A stretch of 64,000 nt of DNA. Origin: Chiloscyllium plagiosum. Lineage: Eukaryota. The position numbers and the translations under genes are program-made. This document shows, one piece after another, positions 1 to 12,209 of the stretch; positions within the stretch are counted from its first letter, which is position 1; each line of letters opens with the position of its first letter. The notes beneath the pieces were generated by a model. It had not been told where the DNA came from. It did no database searches and saw only the letters and a program-made list of their open reading frames with translations. The stretch covers positions 1,250,808-1,314,807 of the forward strand of contig NC_057750.1 of assembly GCF_004010195.1 (NCBI RefSeq), written 5' to 3'.

Positions 1-300
1 AGAGTGAGTGTGTGTGTGTGTGAGAGTGAGTGTGTGTGTGTGTGTTAGAGTGAGAGTGTATGTGTGTGTGTGAGAGTGAGTGTGTGTTTGGTAGTGTATG
101 TGTGTGAGAGAGAGTGAGTGTGTGTTTGGTAGTGTATGTGTGTGTGAGAGATTGAGTGTGTAGTTGGTAGTGTAAATGAGATGCAAGTGGATGTGGGTGT
201 GAGAGTGATTTGAGTGTGTGTTTAACATCGTGTATGTGTGTGAAAACAGAAGTGGAGACTGGTAGTGGGTAATGTGATGCAAGAGAGTGTGTAATTGTGT
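1..300. repeat. Degenerate (TG)n/(GA)n microsatellite
   Basis: Runs of tgtgtg and gagagt seen directly. Confidence 0.95.
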
Positions 301-302
301 AT

Positions 303-565
303 TTTTAAATCATTCACAGGATGAGAGGCATCACTGGCTCCTGCCCACCCCATATTGCTCTAGGTCTGGAGTCACATGTAGACCAGACGAGGTAAGGATA
401 GGGGTTTCCTTCCTGAAAGGGTATTGGTGAACATTGTACTCTTAATTCCAGATTTTTATTGAATTCAAATCCCACTATCTGGATTTGAACCTGGATCCCA
501 GAGCATTATACCTCAGTCTCTGGGTTAACAGTCCAGCAATATTACCACTAGGCCCTCACATCCCT
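303..565 (-). mobile_element. tRNA-derived SINE, family B (3' tail shared with LINE family B), internally deleted
   Basis: Reverse complement has a B-box (ggttcaaatcc), tttgaattcaataaaaatctggaattaagag and ctacatgtgactccagacc; homologous to 23885-24175. Confidence 0.8.
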
Positions 566-750
566 GAGAGTGTATATGAGAGTGTGTGTCTGACAATGTG
601 TGCCTGTATATGTTAGTGTGTGTGTGTGCTCATATGAGAGGATGTGTCTGTGTGTATATGAGAGGATGTGTGATATTGCGTATGTGTGTGTATGTGAGAA
701 TGTATGAGAGTGTGTGTATGAGAGTGTGTAATGTACGTGTGTATCAGTAT
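566..750. repeat. (TG)n-rich microsatellite
   Basis: Seen directly; explains ORF 586..921. Confidence 0.9.
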
Positions 751-1332
751 GACTACCTGCTATCGCTCACAATGATAAATGTCTCTCCTAATAAACAGAC
801 ACTTCATTCTTTTTATTCAAATGTAAATGAATGTGGTGATGTCAAATATTTCATCGTGACAACAAAGGAGCTGATTGGAAGTAGCCAGGATTGTGTTTAT
901 CGAGGTGATGTACAGAGATGAACATTGACTGTAAATTTAAACTGACTTCACTCAGAATGACAGGGTTGGGAGTGAAAATCAGCCTTTTGTGGGCTGCCTT
1001 TAATGGTTGCTGAGTCAGCACACCTACTTCATTCGTGATTCTTTAGTTATTAAGGAATTGCAATGTACCAATCGCCACCCCAATTCAAACCAATTCCCTC
1101 ATCTCTCTCCCTGCATTGACAGTGCTTGGTGTCAGACTAGGGAGGTAGGATTAGTCAGTTCAACCACACACACTGCAGTGAGCTACCAGAGGGAAACTGT
1201 TATGTGGAACTGCAGCCTAGGATGCCAGTGGAACATTCCAGAAAACATCAAAGCAGTGAAAGAAAAAACAAGTGGAAATGATACAGAAAACACCAAATGC
1301 TGGAGATCACAGTATCCATGGAGAGTGAGCAA

Positions 1333-1368
1333 GCTAACGTTTCGAGTCTAGATGATTCTTCTTCAGAG
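1333..1368 (-). ncRNA. Minimal hammerhead ribozyme motif in a Penelope-like terminus (family 2; element about 1284-1368)
   Basis: Minus strand reads CTGAAGA-A-GAATC-atcta-GACTC-GAAA-CGTT-AGC. Confidence 0.6.
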
Positions 1369-1819
1369 TTGATGTTTTGGAGAACAAATGGCACAAAACA
1401 CACCATTCAGCTAATTAATCCAACAGGTTTAGGTTCCAGATGAGCATCCCTCCATGTCTCTTCATCTAGTCCTTGAGTAAAGATAAGCAAAGAGATTGTT
1501 TGCACTTGCTCAATCATTTCGGTTGGAGTCACAATATGAGTTAAACTTAGACACCAGAGGCTAAATGAAGTTCTTGACATGAGTCCATTAGTCACTGTTA
1601 ATTACTATTCCAATTAATTGTGCTGCAGAGTTTTATGTTATCACCTGCTATTTTTGATATATTTGCAGCTATTAGATCAAATTATTGTTTTTTTCTAAAT
1701 TGACCTGTGAATGGGACTGAAAATGAATGCAGACAGGTTTCCTTGATTAGACAGGGCACATGGAAGATTGGGTTCCCATCGTTGCATGAGTAACCTGCAG
1801 ATGGTAAATTCTGCAATGG

Positions 1820-2158
1820 AGCAGCATAGTGGCTCGGTGGTTAGCACCGCTGTCTCACCGTGCCAGGGACCCGGGTTTGATTCCAGCCTCGAGCGACTGT
1901 CTGTGTGCTCGATTTTGCACATTCTCCCCGTATCTGCGTGGGTTTCCTCTGGGTGCTCCAGTTTCCTCCCACTGTCCAAAGGTGTGCAGGTTAGGATGGA
2001 TTGACAGTGCTAAATTGTGCATAATGTCCAGGAATGCATAGGCCAGGAGGATTGACAATGGGAAATGCAGCGTTACAGGGAAAGGTTGGGATGCTCTTTG
2101 GAGAGTTAGTGTGAACTCAATAGGTCAAATGGCCTGTTTCCACACTGTGGATTCTATG
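1820..2158 (+). mobile_element. HE1-type V-SINE
   Basis: tRNA-like A box (gtggctcggtggttagcac), B box (ggtttgattcc), V-domain (attctccccgtatctgcgtgggtttcctc) and CR1-like tail (ggcctgtttccacactg). Confidence 0.9.
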
Positions 2159-2302
2159 TGTAGTAACATTTCTGACCAGGTTAGACAATATCTAAATTGC
2201 TGTGTTTTCCCCCTCATTTTTAATGGTTCGCATTCAGAAAACCCCTACAATGTAGACACAGGCCATTCAGCCCATCAATGCTCAGAAGAGCAATGTGCCC
2301 GG

Positions 2303-2384
2303 AGGAGAAAGTGAGGTCTGCAGATGCTGGAGATCAAAGTTGAAACTTTATTGCTGGAACAGCACAGCAGGTCAGGCAGCATCC
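2303..2384 (-). mobile_element. Penelope-like terminus fragment (family 1)
   Basis: ggagaaagtgaggtctgcagatgctggagatcaaag...gcagcatcc, nearly identical to the left arm of 34253-34455. Confidence 0.8.
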
Positions 2385-2395
2385 TCTGTGCTTCC

Positions 2396-2622
2396 CATCA
2401 CCAACCCCCACAGCCTGGACACTATGGACAACTTAGCATGGCCAATCCACCCTAACCTGAACATCTTTGAATTGTGGGAGGAAACCAGAGCACCCAGAGG
2501 AAACTCAGGCAGACATGGGGAGAATGTGCAAACTCCACACAGACAGTTGCCCGAGGCTGGAATTGACCCCGGGTCCCTGGCGCTGTGAGGCAGCAGTGCC
2601 AACCACTGAGCCACCATGTGGG
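2396..2622 (-). mobile_element. HE1-type V-SINE, 5' part
   Basis: Reverse-complement A and B boxes plus V-domain. Confidence 0.9.
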
Positions 2623-3414
2623 CATCACCCATAATGGCTTTTGCAAGCAAATTCCCAATTGGCTGCACAGGGGACTGCGGCTGGTGGTTAATAATCAAAA
2701 ACAAAAAAAGTCACAGTGATTTGGTGATGGGAAAGTTATTGAATGTGATAACACTTCCGATATATAAAATAAAATAGAATGCTCTGTCAGTTCTTGTGGT
2801 AGTGTCTCTACCTGTGAGCCAGGAAACCTAGGTTCAAGTCCCACCTGCTCTGGAGGTGTCTGTTGGAACATTTCTGAACAGGTTGAGTAGAAAAATGCCT
2901 ACAATGCTATGTTCTAAGTCATGAACATTTGCCTCAACATAACTACTCTTCAAAGAAATCCATTTGTGTAGGAAGAGCTTGTAAATGATTCTGGAAGGTA
3001 TAGGGAAGGTATTGTCCAATGGTGAAGTGACACTCTACAGGGCCCACTCAGACAGGCTGCTAACAACAGTGTGGGGACAGAATAGCTTCCTCATGGTTAC
3101 AGCCCTGGTTCCTCACTCTCATGTTCTCCAGGATGGAGGAAGTCAATGAAGGTAGGCCAAGAAAGAGTCCATGGTGCCAGGTACTTGGCAGTGCCCATGT
3201 CCCTGGAGACCTCCAGAATCCGAACTTTACTGTGACACGGCAATAGGGGCTCAGGGGATGGGGTCAGGGGCATTGTCCCAGAGGCTGGAGGGTTTCCTGT
3301 ATAACTCAGTCCCTGAGGAGATGTGAATTACCCTTGTTATTCCATTAGCATCCATGTCACTGCTGAGACCTGAGCTGGGTGTCACCTGTGCAGTGTCAGG
3401 GGCTGAACCACATG

Positions 3415-3937
3415 GAGTATACAAACAGGAAACAAGAGGAGGCCGCTCGGCCCTTCCAGCCTGCTCCCCCATTCAATAAGATTATGGCTGATCTGATTTT
3501 AACCTCAACTCTACATTCCTGCAAAATCTCTCATCCATTGATCATCGAGAATTGATCTCCCTCTGCCTAAAAGCCATTTAAAGATTCTGCAACTGTGGCC
3601 TTTTGGGGAAGGGAACTCCAAAGGCTCACAACCCTCTAAGACAAAAATGCTTCCTCTTCACTGTTAGAAATGTTTATTTTTCAACGATGATCCCTTGTTT
3701 TGAATTCTCCCTCAAGAGCAAATGTCCTTTCAACATCTGCCCGGCCAACGCTCCTCAATTAAGTCATCTCTGACTGCTCTAAACTCCAGAGGACTCAGGC
3801 CCTGCCTGCCTCACCTTTCCTCAGAATCTAGTCTCCTCATTTCTGCTCTTAGTTTATTGAACCTTTTCTGAACCACTTACAGCACATTAGAATCCTTCCA
3901 TAAGTACAGTGTCCAGCAGTGTACATAGTACACCAGA
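3415..3937 (-). mobile_element. Old CR1 LINE 3' fragment
   Basis: Homologous to other CR1 3' ends in the window (ccattcaataagattatggctgatc). Confidence 0.7.
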
Positions 3938-4130
3938 TGGAGGTCAGTCATCTCAGCTCCAGGACATCCTTACAGGAGTTCCTCAGGGTAGTGTCCTTGG
4001 CCCAATCATCTTCAACTGCTTCATTGATGACCTTCCCTCCATCATAAGGTCAGAAGTGGGAGATGTTCACTGATGATTACACAATATTTAGCACCATTCA
4101 CCACTCCTCAGGGACTGAAGCTGTCCATGT
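3938..4130 (+). mobile_element. LINE family B (CR1/L2 group), reverse transcriptase fragment
   Basis: Encodes GVPQGSVLGPIIFNCFIDDLP...MFTDD (RT motifs; frameshifted). Confidence 0.85.
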
Positions 4131-4139
4131 GACACAGTG

Positions 4140-4715
4140 ACTCATAGGATGTGAGTGTCACTGACCGGACAACCACGTATTGCCCCTTGAGAAGGTGGGG
4201 GTGACCTGCCTTCTTGACCCGCTGCAGTCCATGTGCTGTGGGTTGACCCACAATGCCCTTAGGGAGGGAATTCCAGGATTCTGACCCAGCAACACTGAAG
4301 GAACTGCGATATATTTCCAAGTCAGGATGGTGAGGGGCTTGGAGGGGAACTTGCAGGGGGTGGTGTTCCCATGTATCTGTTGCCCTTGTCCTTCCAGATC
4401 GAAGTGGTCGTGAGTTTGGAAGGTGCTGTCTGAGGATCTTTGGTGAATTTCTCCAATGTATCTTGCAGATAGTACACACTGGTGTTATTGAGCATCAGTG
4501 GTGGAGGGAGTGAATTTGATGCTAATTAAACGTTTCTGTCCTGGGTGGTGTCAAGCTTCTTGAGTGTCAATGGAGCTGCATCCATCCAGGGAAATGGGAA
4601 ATATTCCATCACCCTCCTGAGTTCTGCCTTGTCAATGATGGACAGACTTTGGGGAATCAGGAGATGAGGTACTGACTGTAGGATTCCCAGCCTCTGACCT
4701 GTTATTGTAGCTACA
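4140..4715 (-). mobile_element. LINE family B, 3' fragment
   Basis: ORFs 4108..4479 and 4526..4729 match 34778-35497. Confidence 0.85.
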
Positions 4716-4859
4716 GTATTTTGTTTCATTTTTCCTAAACTGAGAAGACTCTAAATCTCCAAGTTATGTTTTTTTCCTCTATTTATATTTTTTTCCCCTT
4801 TACCCCCACACTACTATGTAACTGCGGTAGTGCTTATATTTTCCCCAGCACCCAGCTAC

Positions 4860-5230
4860 AGTACTTAAATGGAAAGTCTGCTGAATTCTATAGCAATACC
4901 CTGACCAATCAGAATCTACCTGCCTAGTCTCAGAATTAAGATTGACAGTTAACTGGTTTTCCTGCATCTCCATACCAGTGATGGGCTAACCAATCAGCAC
5001 GCTGTATAAATTGATGTCCCTTATAGTGATACCACTATAAACACTGGAGGAAACATCAAAGAAGCGCTTTGCAGGAGGCTACCAAGCACTGATGATGTCG
5101 TCTAGCCAGGGGATGAAACGTTTGCAACAAAAACTTCCAGCTCGGCGAACAGAACCACAACAATGATGTCCCTTTATTCACCTCTGTTTCTTGTGTTCTG
5201 ATTAGTACAAAATGAAAAGCTTTGATTTCT
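4860..5230 (+). mobile_element. Penelope-like terminus (family 6) with CCAAT/TATA boxes and a decayed hammerhead, interrupted by a family 5 insert
   Basis: ccaat at 4905 and 4990, tataaa at 5005; ctgattagtacaaaatgaaaagctttga at about 5198-5225 resembles the motif at 44694-44720. Confidence 0.45.
5023..5163 (+). mobile_element. Penelope-like terminus (family 5) with hammerhead core and 11-bp TSD
   Basis: CTGATGA-TGTC...GAT-GAAA-CGTT at about 5090-5122; TSD tgatgtccctt at 5012-5022 and 5164-5174. Confidence 0.7.
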
Positions 5231-5834
5231 TGTCTCCATTTAGCAATGTTTAAACACAAAGAAGTTCAAACTGTTTCTTTAATATTTCATTACGTTCTGA
5301 ACTGGTACTGCGATTCCCCAAAAAAAGAAGATCCTAATGGTTTTCGAAGTCCCTCTGATGTCAGTAAACACAAGGATTGCTGTTGAAAATGATGAATTGT
5401 ACAGGAACTCAGCAATTGGCCAGACATCGGTAAGTTCACCTTCAAATTCCTTCAACTTCTCATCCACACTCTGAGTCACAGCCTTTACTTGGCTGGTTAG
5501 CCCAGTCTTCCAGAATTGTCCAGAGTTTGCAGGTTAACATCCAATGTTAGTCAACAGTTTTCACAACACTTGACACCACAGGCGATAGAATTGGTGCAAC
5601 ACATTACAGTGTGCTTTATGAATCTTGCCAGGACTCACTCCTCTTGTTGGTGTTAATGACTGTTTCCTGGCTGCTTCCAAGGATGAGACTTGTCTGTGTT
5701 TTGTGAAACAGTGGAACCTATTCTTTCATCTCCCCCTGAACTGCTGTTTCTTTGCTGGACAATAGTAAGTGAATGGGGAGGTGGAAAGGTCATGCTGGAT
5801 TTCCAGACACAAAACAGACTGTGACTGTAAAAAA

Positions 5835-6090
5835 CATATAGAAACGAGGAAGAGGAGTGGGCTTTTCGGACTCTTGTCCTTGCTCCATCATTTGATATGA
5901 TTGTGGTTGGTCATCCAATTCTGTATCCAGTTCCCACTTTCTCCTCTCTCCCCCCCCCCCCCCGCCCCAAAGAATTACATCTAACTCTTTCTTGAAAACA
6001 TTCAATATTTGGGCTTCACGCTGTCTGTGGCAGAGAATTGCACAGGCTCCCCCCTCTCTGGGTGAAGGCATTTCTCCTCAGGTCAGTCTT
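5835..6090 (-). mobile_element. CR1 3' fragment
   Basis: ORF 5790..6071 has the CR1 C-terminal pattern (LNVFKKELD). Confidence 0.7.
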
Positions 6091-6229
6091 ACTCTGTATC
6101 CTTCCACTGCAGCCTCTGGTTCTGTATTCTTGGGTCATCAGCTTGTAATGGCCATTTCATTGGGTCTTACCTTCCAGAGTTATACTAATACTGGAAAAGG
6201 TTGAAGTTCATAGATGAAAAGACATTTGT

Positions 6230-6395
6230 AAGCTAGCATTTCAAGTCTAGATAACTCTTCATCAGAGCTCTGAAGAGTCAACTAGACTCAAAATATTAGC
6301 TTGCTTTCCCTCAATGGATGCAGCCTGACCCGCTATGATTTCCAGCATGTTTTTGTTTTCAGTTCAGATTCCAGCATCTGCAGTAATTTGCTCCG
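6230..6395. mobile_element. Palindromic Penelope-like terminus (family 2) with head-to-head decayed hammerheads
   Basis: Inverted arms around tcagagctctga; ctgatgaagagttatctagacttgaaa on minus and ctgaagagtcaactagactcaaaa on plus. Confidence 0.7.
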
Positions 6396-7254
6396 ACAAT
6401 AAAGATTTGCATTTACATAGTGCCTTTAACACAGCTATAATGCTCCAAGATGTTTCTGAAGAGCGTAAACAGATGAGGCACACAGCCTCATCAGGGCATG
6501 TTAAAGCATGCCATCAGAGCTTGGTCAATCAGGTGGGGTTTTAAGAAGTGTTTTCAAGGTCGGGAGGAAGGTACATAACCCTATCGTATGCTTGGTGGGG
6601 AAGTCCTGAGCTTAGCTGCTACAACTCCTGAATGAAATGTTATGAATGGTTTGACAAAGGGTTTTGGAGATATGCAACAGACGAGAAATGTAGGGTTACA
6701 AAGATCTTTGGTGGTTTTCTTGGGCTGAGGTTTCAGAACTAGGGAGGGGTGAAGCCATGGATTTTGAGCCAATGTTGGTCAGTGATGGGAAATATTACAG
6801 ATATTATTGTTAACATTTCCATACACTCCTGTTCTACCTGAGCTCCATATCCATCTACCAAAACATGTTCCTGCTCCTTGCACCGTCTCTGTCAAAATCA
6901 CGATTACCTCATAATTTCTTCAGTCAGGAGTGATTGCCTTGCCTTTCCCAGCTCTACACCAATAGGCATTCTTGACCTGGAGTGAAGGCTGATGCTCTAG
7001 CTCCCAGAGTTGCCTTTGAATTTGCCACAGGTCTCTCTGCCCTTGGCGTTACAATCAAGGTACATTGGCAAGCCCTTGCCCAGGGGAGACACTGTCTAAT
7101 TCCCACACTATGACCACATTGAGGACTCACCCAAACACCTGCTGGGTATTGCTGGTAAAATCTGGAACACTGGGGCTCAGTGTCAAACTGCAGATCGATG
7201 GGTTCAGAATGAGAGGAGGGGAAACCCTTTCTCGTGGATGTTGTGAATCTTTGG

Positions 7255-7990
7255 AACCCTGTAATTGGAGAAAGATTGCAGAAAACCAAGGAGCAGAGAG
7301 ATTTGGGAGTCCCCATCCATGAATCACAGAAAATGAGCGTCCAAGTTCAGGTGGTAATGGGAAGGCAAATGGAATGTTGGCCTTTATTTCAAAGGTGATG
7401 GAATATAAAAATAGGGAGGTTTTAGCAAAACTATACAAGGCATAGTCAGGCCAGAACTGGAATACTGAGCGCAGTTTTGGTCCCATTATCTCAGGAAAGA
7501 GAGACTGGCATTACAGGCAGTCTAGAGAAGGTTCACTCGGCTGATCCCAGATATGGAAGGACTGTTTTATGAGGAGAGGGTGAGTAGGTTGGGCCTGTAC
7601 TAGTTGGAATATACAACATTGTAAGGTGATTTCTGAAACTGGCAAGATCCTTGGAGGACTTGACAGGATTGATGTGGAAAGGTTGTTTCCCCGTGTGGGA
7701 GAGTCTAGGATCAGGGAGCATGATGTCAGGGTGAGGGGTCACCCACTGAAGGCAGAGATGAGGAATTTCTTCTCTCAAAGGGGAGTGAATCTGTGGCATT
7801 CTTTACCACAGAGGGCTGTCTAGGCTGGGTCATTAAGTATATTCAAGGCTGACAGATTTTTGATCTGGAAGGGAATCCAGGATTATGGGGAAAAGGCAGG
7901 AAGGTGGAGTTGAGGATGATCAGGTTAGCCACAATCTCACTGTATGGTGGAGCAGAATCAGTGGGTTGAATGGCCTACTTCTTCTTATAA
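7255..7990 (+). mobile_element. CR1 LINE 3' fragment
   Basis: ORF2 C-terminus (EMRNFFSQRGVNLWHSLPQRAV) and 3'UTR. Confidence 0.9.
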
Positions 7991-9004
7991 CATTAACCTA
8001 GAGGATTATAGTTCGAAGGCTGCTGTAGAGACATTTTTGATCATTCTGGGAATTAAGGGATATGGGGAGTGGATAAGGAAATGGTGTTGAGTCCTGAGAT
8101 TCCATGATTGTGTTAAATGTTAAATGTTGCAGTTGGTTTGATTGACCAAAAAAGTTACTGTCACTCCTACTGCCTTTCATTTTCTCGGCTGCTTGCAGAA
8201 TTTGATATTGGAATCACTTTGTGTTTACTGACATGACAGCAGCACCCCCTGCCAATCAACTCCATTATAATCTTACTCCAATCAAGCGTAAAAACTCCCA
8301 AGGTCTCTGCACAACTTCAATTCTGTCTGTTGCACCTGCCCAGCAATCCATCATTGGTGGCTGTGCCAAAGCTCTGAACATCCCCATTGAGCTTCTCCAC
8401 CTTTCTCATGTGTTAAGACGCTCCATGAAGCCACCACCTTTTACTAAGTTTCGAGCCTCCAGTCTGTATATCTCCCTCTGTAGCTCAGCGTCAGTTTCTT
8501 GTGTCTGATAATCGCTGCCGTGCCGTGTTCAGGTGCAGGCACAATCTAAATGCACGTTGTTGTTGCTCGCCTCTGACACAATGGCGCTGAGTCTGTGTGA
8601 TGAGAGTTGACAATGGCAGTTGTTGATTGTAATATCATCAAACCGTGATATGTAGAGTGTTTGAAGTGACTGTACCTGCTGCAGGCGAAGTGGATTGGTG
8701 TTGTTTTGACCTGCTTTCTTTTTCCATTCTCTTTCTTCAATAAATTGCTTTTCTCTCTGTGAAACCCCTTCCTGCTCACCATGAAATAAGCAAGGGGTCA
8801 GCAGGAACTCTCACCCCGAGGTGACCCCTGGCTCCATGAAGGCACCATCTGTGGTCAGGTGTATGACTCACACAGATCAGAAAGAATCCCTGCTCTATGT
8901 TTATCTCCTGCTCTCGCTCCAACCCTCCCCTGAGTGAAGAGTGGAACAGGCTGCTCAGTTCCCAATGACCAAGCAGCTGGGAGCAGCGCTTCAAAAATGC
9001 GGTA

Positions 9005-9700
9005 GTTGAGGATCTTAGAGAAACATATAAAATCATGAAGGGATTGGATAAGATGAAGTTGGGAGGATGTTTGCAATGCCGGGTGAAGCTAGGAGAAGAG
9101 GGCACAGCCTCCAGATTAGAGGGAGCCGATTTCAGACTGAATTGAGAAGGGCAGCAAGGTGGCTCAGTGGTTAGCATTGCTGCCTCACAGCACCAGGGTC
9201 CCAGGTTCAATTCCAACCTTGGGTGACTGTCTGTGTGGAGTTTGTACATTCTCCCAGTGTCTGTGTGGGTTTCCTCCCACAGTCCAATGGTGTGCAGGTT
9301 AGGTGATTTGGCCATTCTAAATTGCCCATAGTGTTAGGTGCATTAGTCAGGGGTAAATATAGGGTAGGGGAATGGGTCTAACTAGGCTACTCTTCAGAGG
9401 GTCGGTGTGGACTTGTTGGGCCGAAGGGCCTGTGTCCATACTGTAAGGAATCTAGTCTTCACCCAGAGGGTTGTGAATCTGTGGAATTGCCTGCCCAGGG
9501 AAGTGGTTAAGGTTTCCTCAGTAAATGTTTTTAAAGCTAAGCTGGATATCTTTTGAAGAGTAAAGGGATTAAGAGTTGCAGTGAGATGGTGGGGAATTGG
9601 AGCTGAGGTCACGAAGAAATCAGCCATGATCTTGTTGAATGGTGGAGCGAGCTGGAAGGCCCAGACCACCTACTCCTGCTCCTAGTTCTTATGGTCTTAT
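9005..9700 (+). mobile_element. CR1 3' fragment split by an HE1 SINE
   Basis: CR1 sequence resumes at cttcacccagagggttgtgaatc after the SINE; ttcttatggtcttatg tail. Confidence 0.85.
9149..9454 (+). mobile_element. HE1-type V-SINE nested in CR1
   Basis: A and B boxes, V-domain, tail ggcctgtgtccatactgtaaggaatcta. Confidence 0.9.
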
Positions 9701-9729
9701 GAAACCCAGCTTGTCCTAAAAAATGTGAA

Positions 9730-10548
9730 TGATTTTAGATGAGGGAACGTTTGCAAATGACACAAAGCTGGGTGGGAAGGGTGAGCTGTGAGGAGGATGC
9801 AGAGATGTTGCATTGTGGTTTGGACAGGCTGAGGGAGTGGGCAGATAAATGGCAGGTGCAGGATAATGTGGATAAATGTGAGGTTATCCACTTTGGTAGC
9901 AAAAACAGGAAGGCAGATTATTATCTAAATGACAATCGAGTAAGAAAGGGCGAGGTACAGAGGCCATATGTACACGTTGATGGAGATAGGCATTGCAGGG
10001 ACAGCAAGCAGTGGCTTGCTACAATTGTACAGGGACTTGGTGAGGCTGCATTTGGAGCACTGCATGTCGTTTTAGACTCCGTATCTGGGAATGTTCAGGT
10101 GATGAGGGAGTGCAGTGAAGGTTTCCAGACTGATTCCTGGGGTGGCAGGGCTGATACGTGAAGACAGATTGAAACAGTTAGGACTATATTTGAAGGTGTT
10201 TAGAATGGGGAGGGAGTGATGGGTGGGGGGGATGGGGAGTGGGGAAGAATCTCAGAAACCTTTCACCTTCTGCCAGGACAAGGCAAGGTAAATGCAGGAA
10301 GGATGTTCCTAATAACCAGGGAGTCCAAAGTCAAGAATCACAGTCTAAGGAAATGGGTAGGCCATTTCAGACTGAGATGGGGAGAGTGGGGAACCTGTGG
10401 AATTCACTGTCACAGAAAGCAGATAAATCCAAAACACTGAATGTTTCCAAGAAAGAAATAGATATAGTTTTTAGGGATCAAAGACTATAGAGTGAATTTG
10501 GGAACAGGGGACTGATCAGTCATGATTGTACTGCATGGTGGAGCAGGC
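9730..10548 (+). mobile_element. Decayed CR1 ORF2 3' part
   Basis: LDRLREWADKWQV..NVDKCEVIHFG motif. Confidence 0.9.
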
Positions 10549-10607
10549 TTCAGTCTTCATACTGTCACCTTCAGCCAAGGATCTGACAGAGCATAGGGCT
10601 TCACATC

Positions 10608-10770
10608 TCGCACACGCACTCACTCACACTTGCACACGCCCTCACGCTCATGCACACGCCCTCACGCTCATGCACACGCCCTCACGCTCATGCACAAATG
10701 CTCATGCTCGCACTCGCACTCACACACACACACGCTCTCATATACATTCTCACCCTCTCACCCTCTCACC
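10608..10770. repeat. CA-rich microsatellite including a 20-bp unit (tgcacacgccctcacgctca) x3
   Basis: Seen directly. Confidence 0.9.
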
Positions 10771-11169
10771 CTCCCATGGATCTAACTAAATCTCTGAAGA
10801 ATTATGATTGTGGAAATGTATTTTCATCATATGGAGCTGCTCGTTCACCTGGCTGGGTGGATTTGCTTGGGTAACCAGCACAGCAGTCACAGACACCCTG
10901 GCCTGATTTGTGCATTCCAAATGCATTATTTGGATTTCAAACTGATTGAGTTGCCCTGTGTGTCATTTTGTCTCTGCTTGTTCCTGCACAATCCAGGACT
11001 TTCAACTGACCTACTGCGATGGAACTTTCTCTGCCTGACAACTACCCAACAATGGGGAAAATTGCACAGATGTGCCCTGCCCCAAGCAACAAGACAAACC
11101 CAACCCAGCCAATGACTGCCCCATCAGTCTAATTTCGGTTTTCTATACAAATTTGTACACCATTCATAC

Positions 11170-11775
11170 AGTTGAGAGTGTGGTGCTGGAAAAGCACAGC
11201 AGGTCAGACAGCATCCAAGAAGCAAGAGAATTGACGTTTCAGGCATAAGCTGTTCATCAGGAATGAGGCTTGTAGGGCGTGGTATAAGAAACAAATGGGA
11301 GGGGGGTGAGACAAGGTATCTGGCAATGCAATAGGTAGATGAACATGGGGGAGAAGGTGATAGGTTGGAGAGGGAGTGGAGCAGATGGGTGGGAAGGAGG
11401 AAAGATGGACTGGTCAAGGGGGCAGTGCCGAGTTGGAGGATGGGGACTAGGATAAGGTGGGGGGAGAGGAAATGAGGAAGCTGTTGAAATCCACATTGAT
11501 CCCGTATGGTTGCAGGGTCCCAAGGTGGCATTGGGTGGTAAGAGTTTGGCGGTGGAAGAGGCCCAGGACCTCCATGTCCTTGATGGAGTGGGAGTGGGAG
11601 TTGTAGCGTTCAGCCACGGGACAGTGGGGTTGGTTGGTGCGGGTGTCCCAGAGATGTTCTCTGAAATGATCCACAAGTTGGTGTCCTGTCTCCCCAGTGT
11701 AACTTCAGATGTAACAGATACTGTAGATAATGTGCATGGAAGTTCAGGTAAATCTCTATCTGATGTGGAAGGATC
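11170..11775 (-). mobile_element. Penelope-like retroelement 3' remnant (GIY-YIG endonuclease region plus family 1 terminus)
   Basis: Minus strand encodes GET..LVDHFREHLWDTR..PVAERYNSHSHSIKDMEVLGL..LGTLQPYGINVDF, followed by the family 1 terminus with a decayed hammerhead. Confidence 0.85.
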
Positions 11776-11779
11776 CTTT

Positions 11780-12208
11780 GTGGCCTAACCAATGTCCTGT
11801 ATGGCCGCAACATGATCTCCCAACTCCTGTACTCAATACTCTGACCAATAAAGGAAAGCATACCAAATGCCCTCTTCACTATCCTATCTACCTGCGACTC
11901 CACTTTCAAGGAGCTATGAGCCTGCACTCCAAGGTCTCTTTGTTCAGCAACACTCCCTAGGACCTTACATTAAGTGTATAAGTCCTGCTAAGATTTGCTT
12001 TCCCAAAATACAGCACCTCGCATTTATCTGAATTAAACTCCATCTGCCACTTCTCAGCCCATTGGCCCACCTGGTCAAGATCTTGTTGTAATCTGAAGTA
12101 ATCCTCTTCGCTGTCCACTACACCTCCAATTTTGGTGTCATCTGCAAACTTATGCTCACATCCAAATCATTTATGTAAATGACAAAATGTAGAGGACCCA
12201 GCACTGAT
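11780..12208 (-). mobile_element. CR1 RT fragment
   Basis: GSVLGPLHFVIYINDLD and SSLKVESQVDRIVKRAFGML. Confidence 0.9.
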
Positions 12209-12209
12209 C

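Noticed and set aside
1407..1475. Possible minus-strand terminal exon (GLDEETWRDAHLEPKPVGLIS*)
   Set aside because: Peptide not recognised and no linked upstream exons found
1820..1890. tRNA genes at SINE heads
   Set aside because: A and B boxes continue into the V-SINE body, with no complete cloverleaf
5333..5435. Strong donor CG|gtaagt after a short open frame
   Set aside because: No pyrimidine-rich acceptor and peptide not recognised
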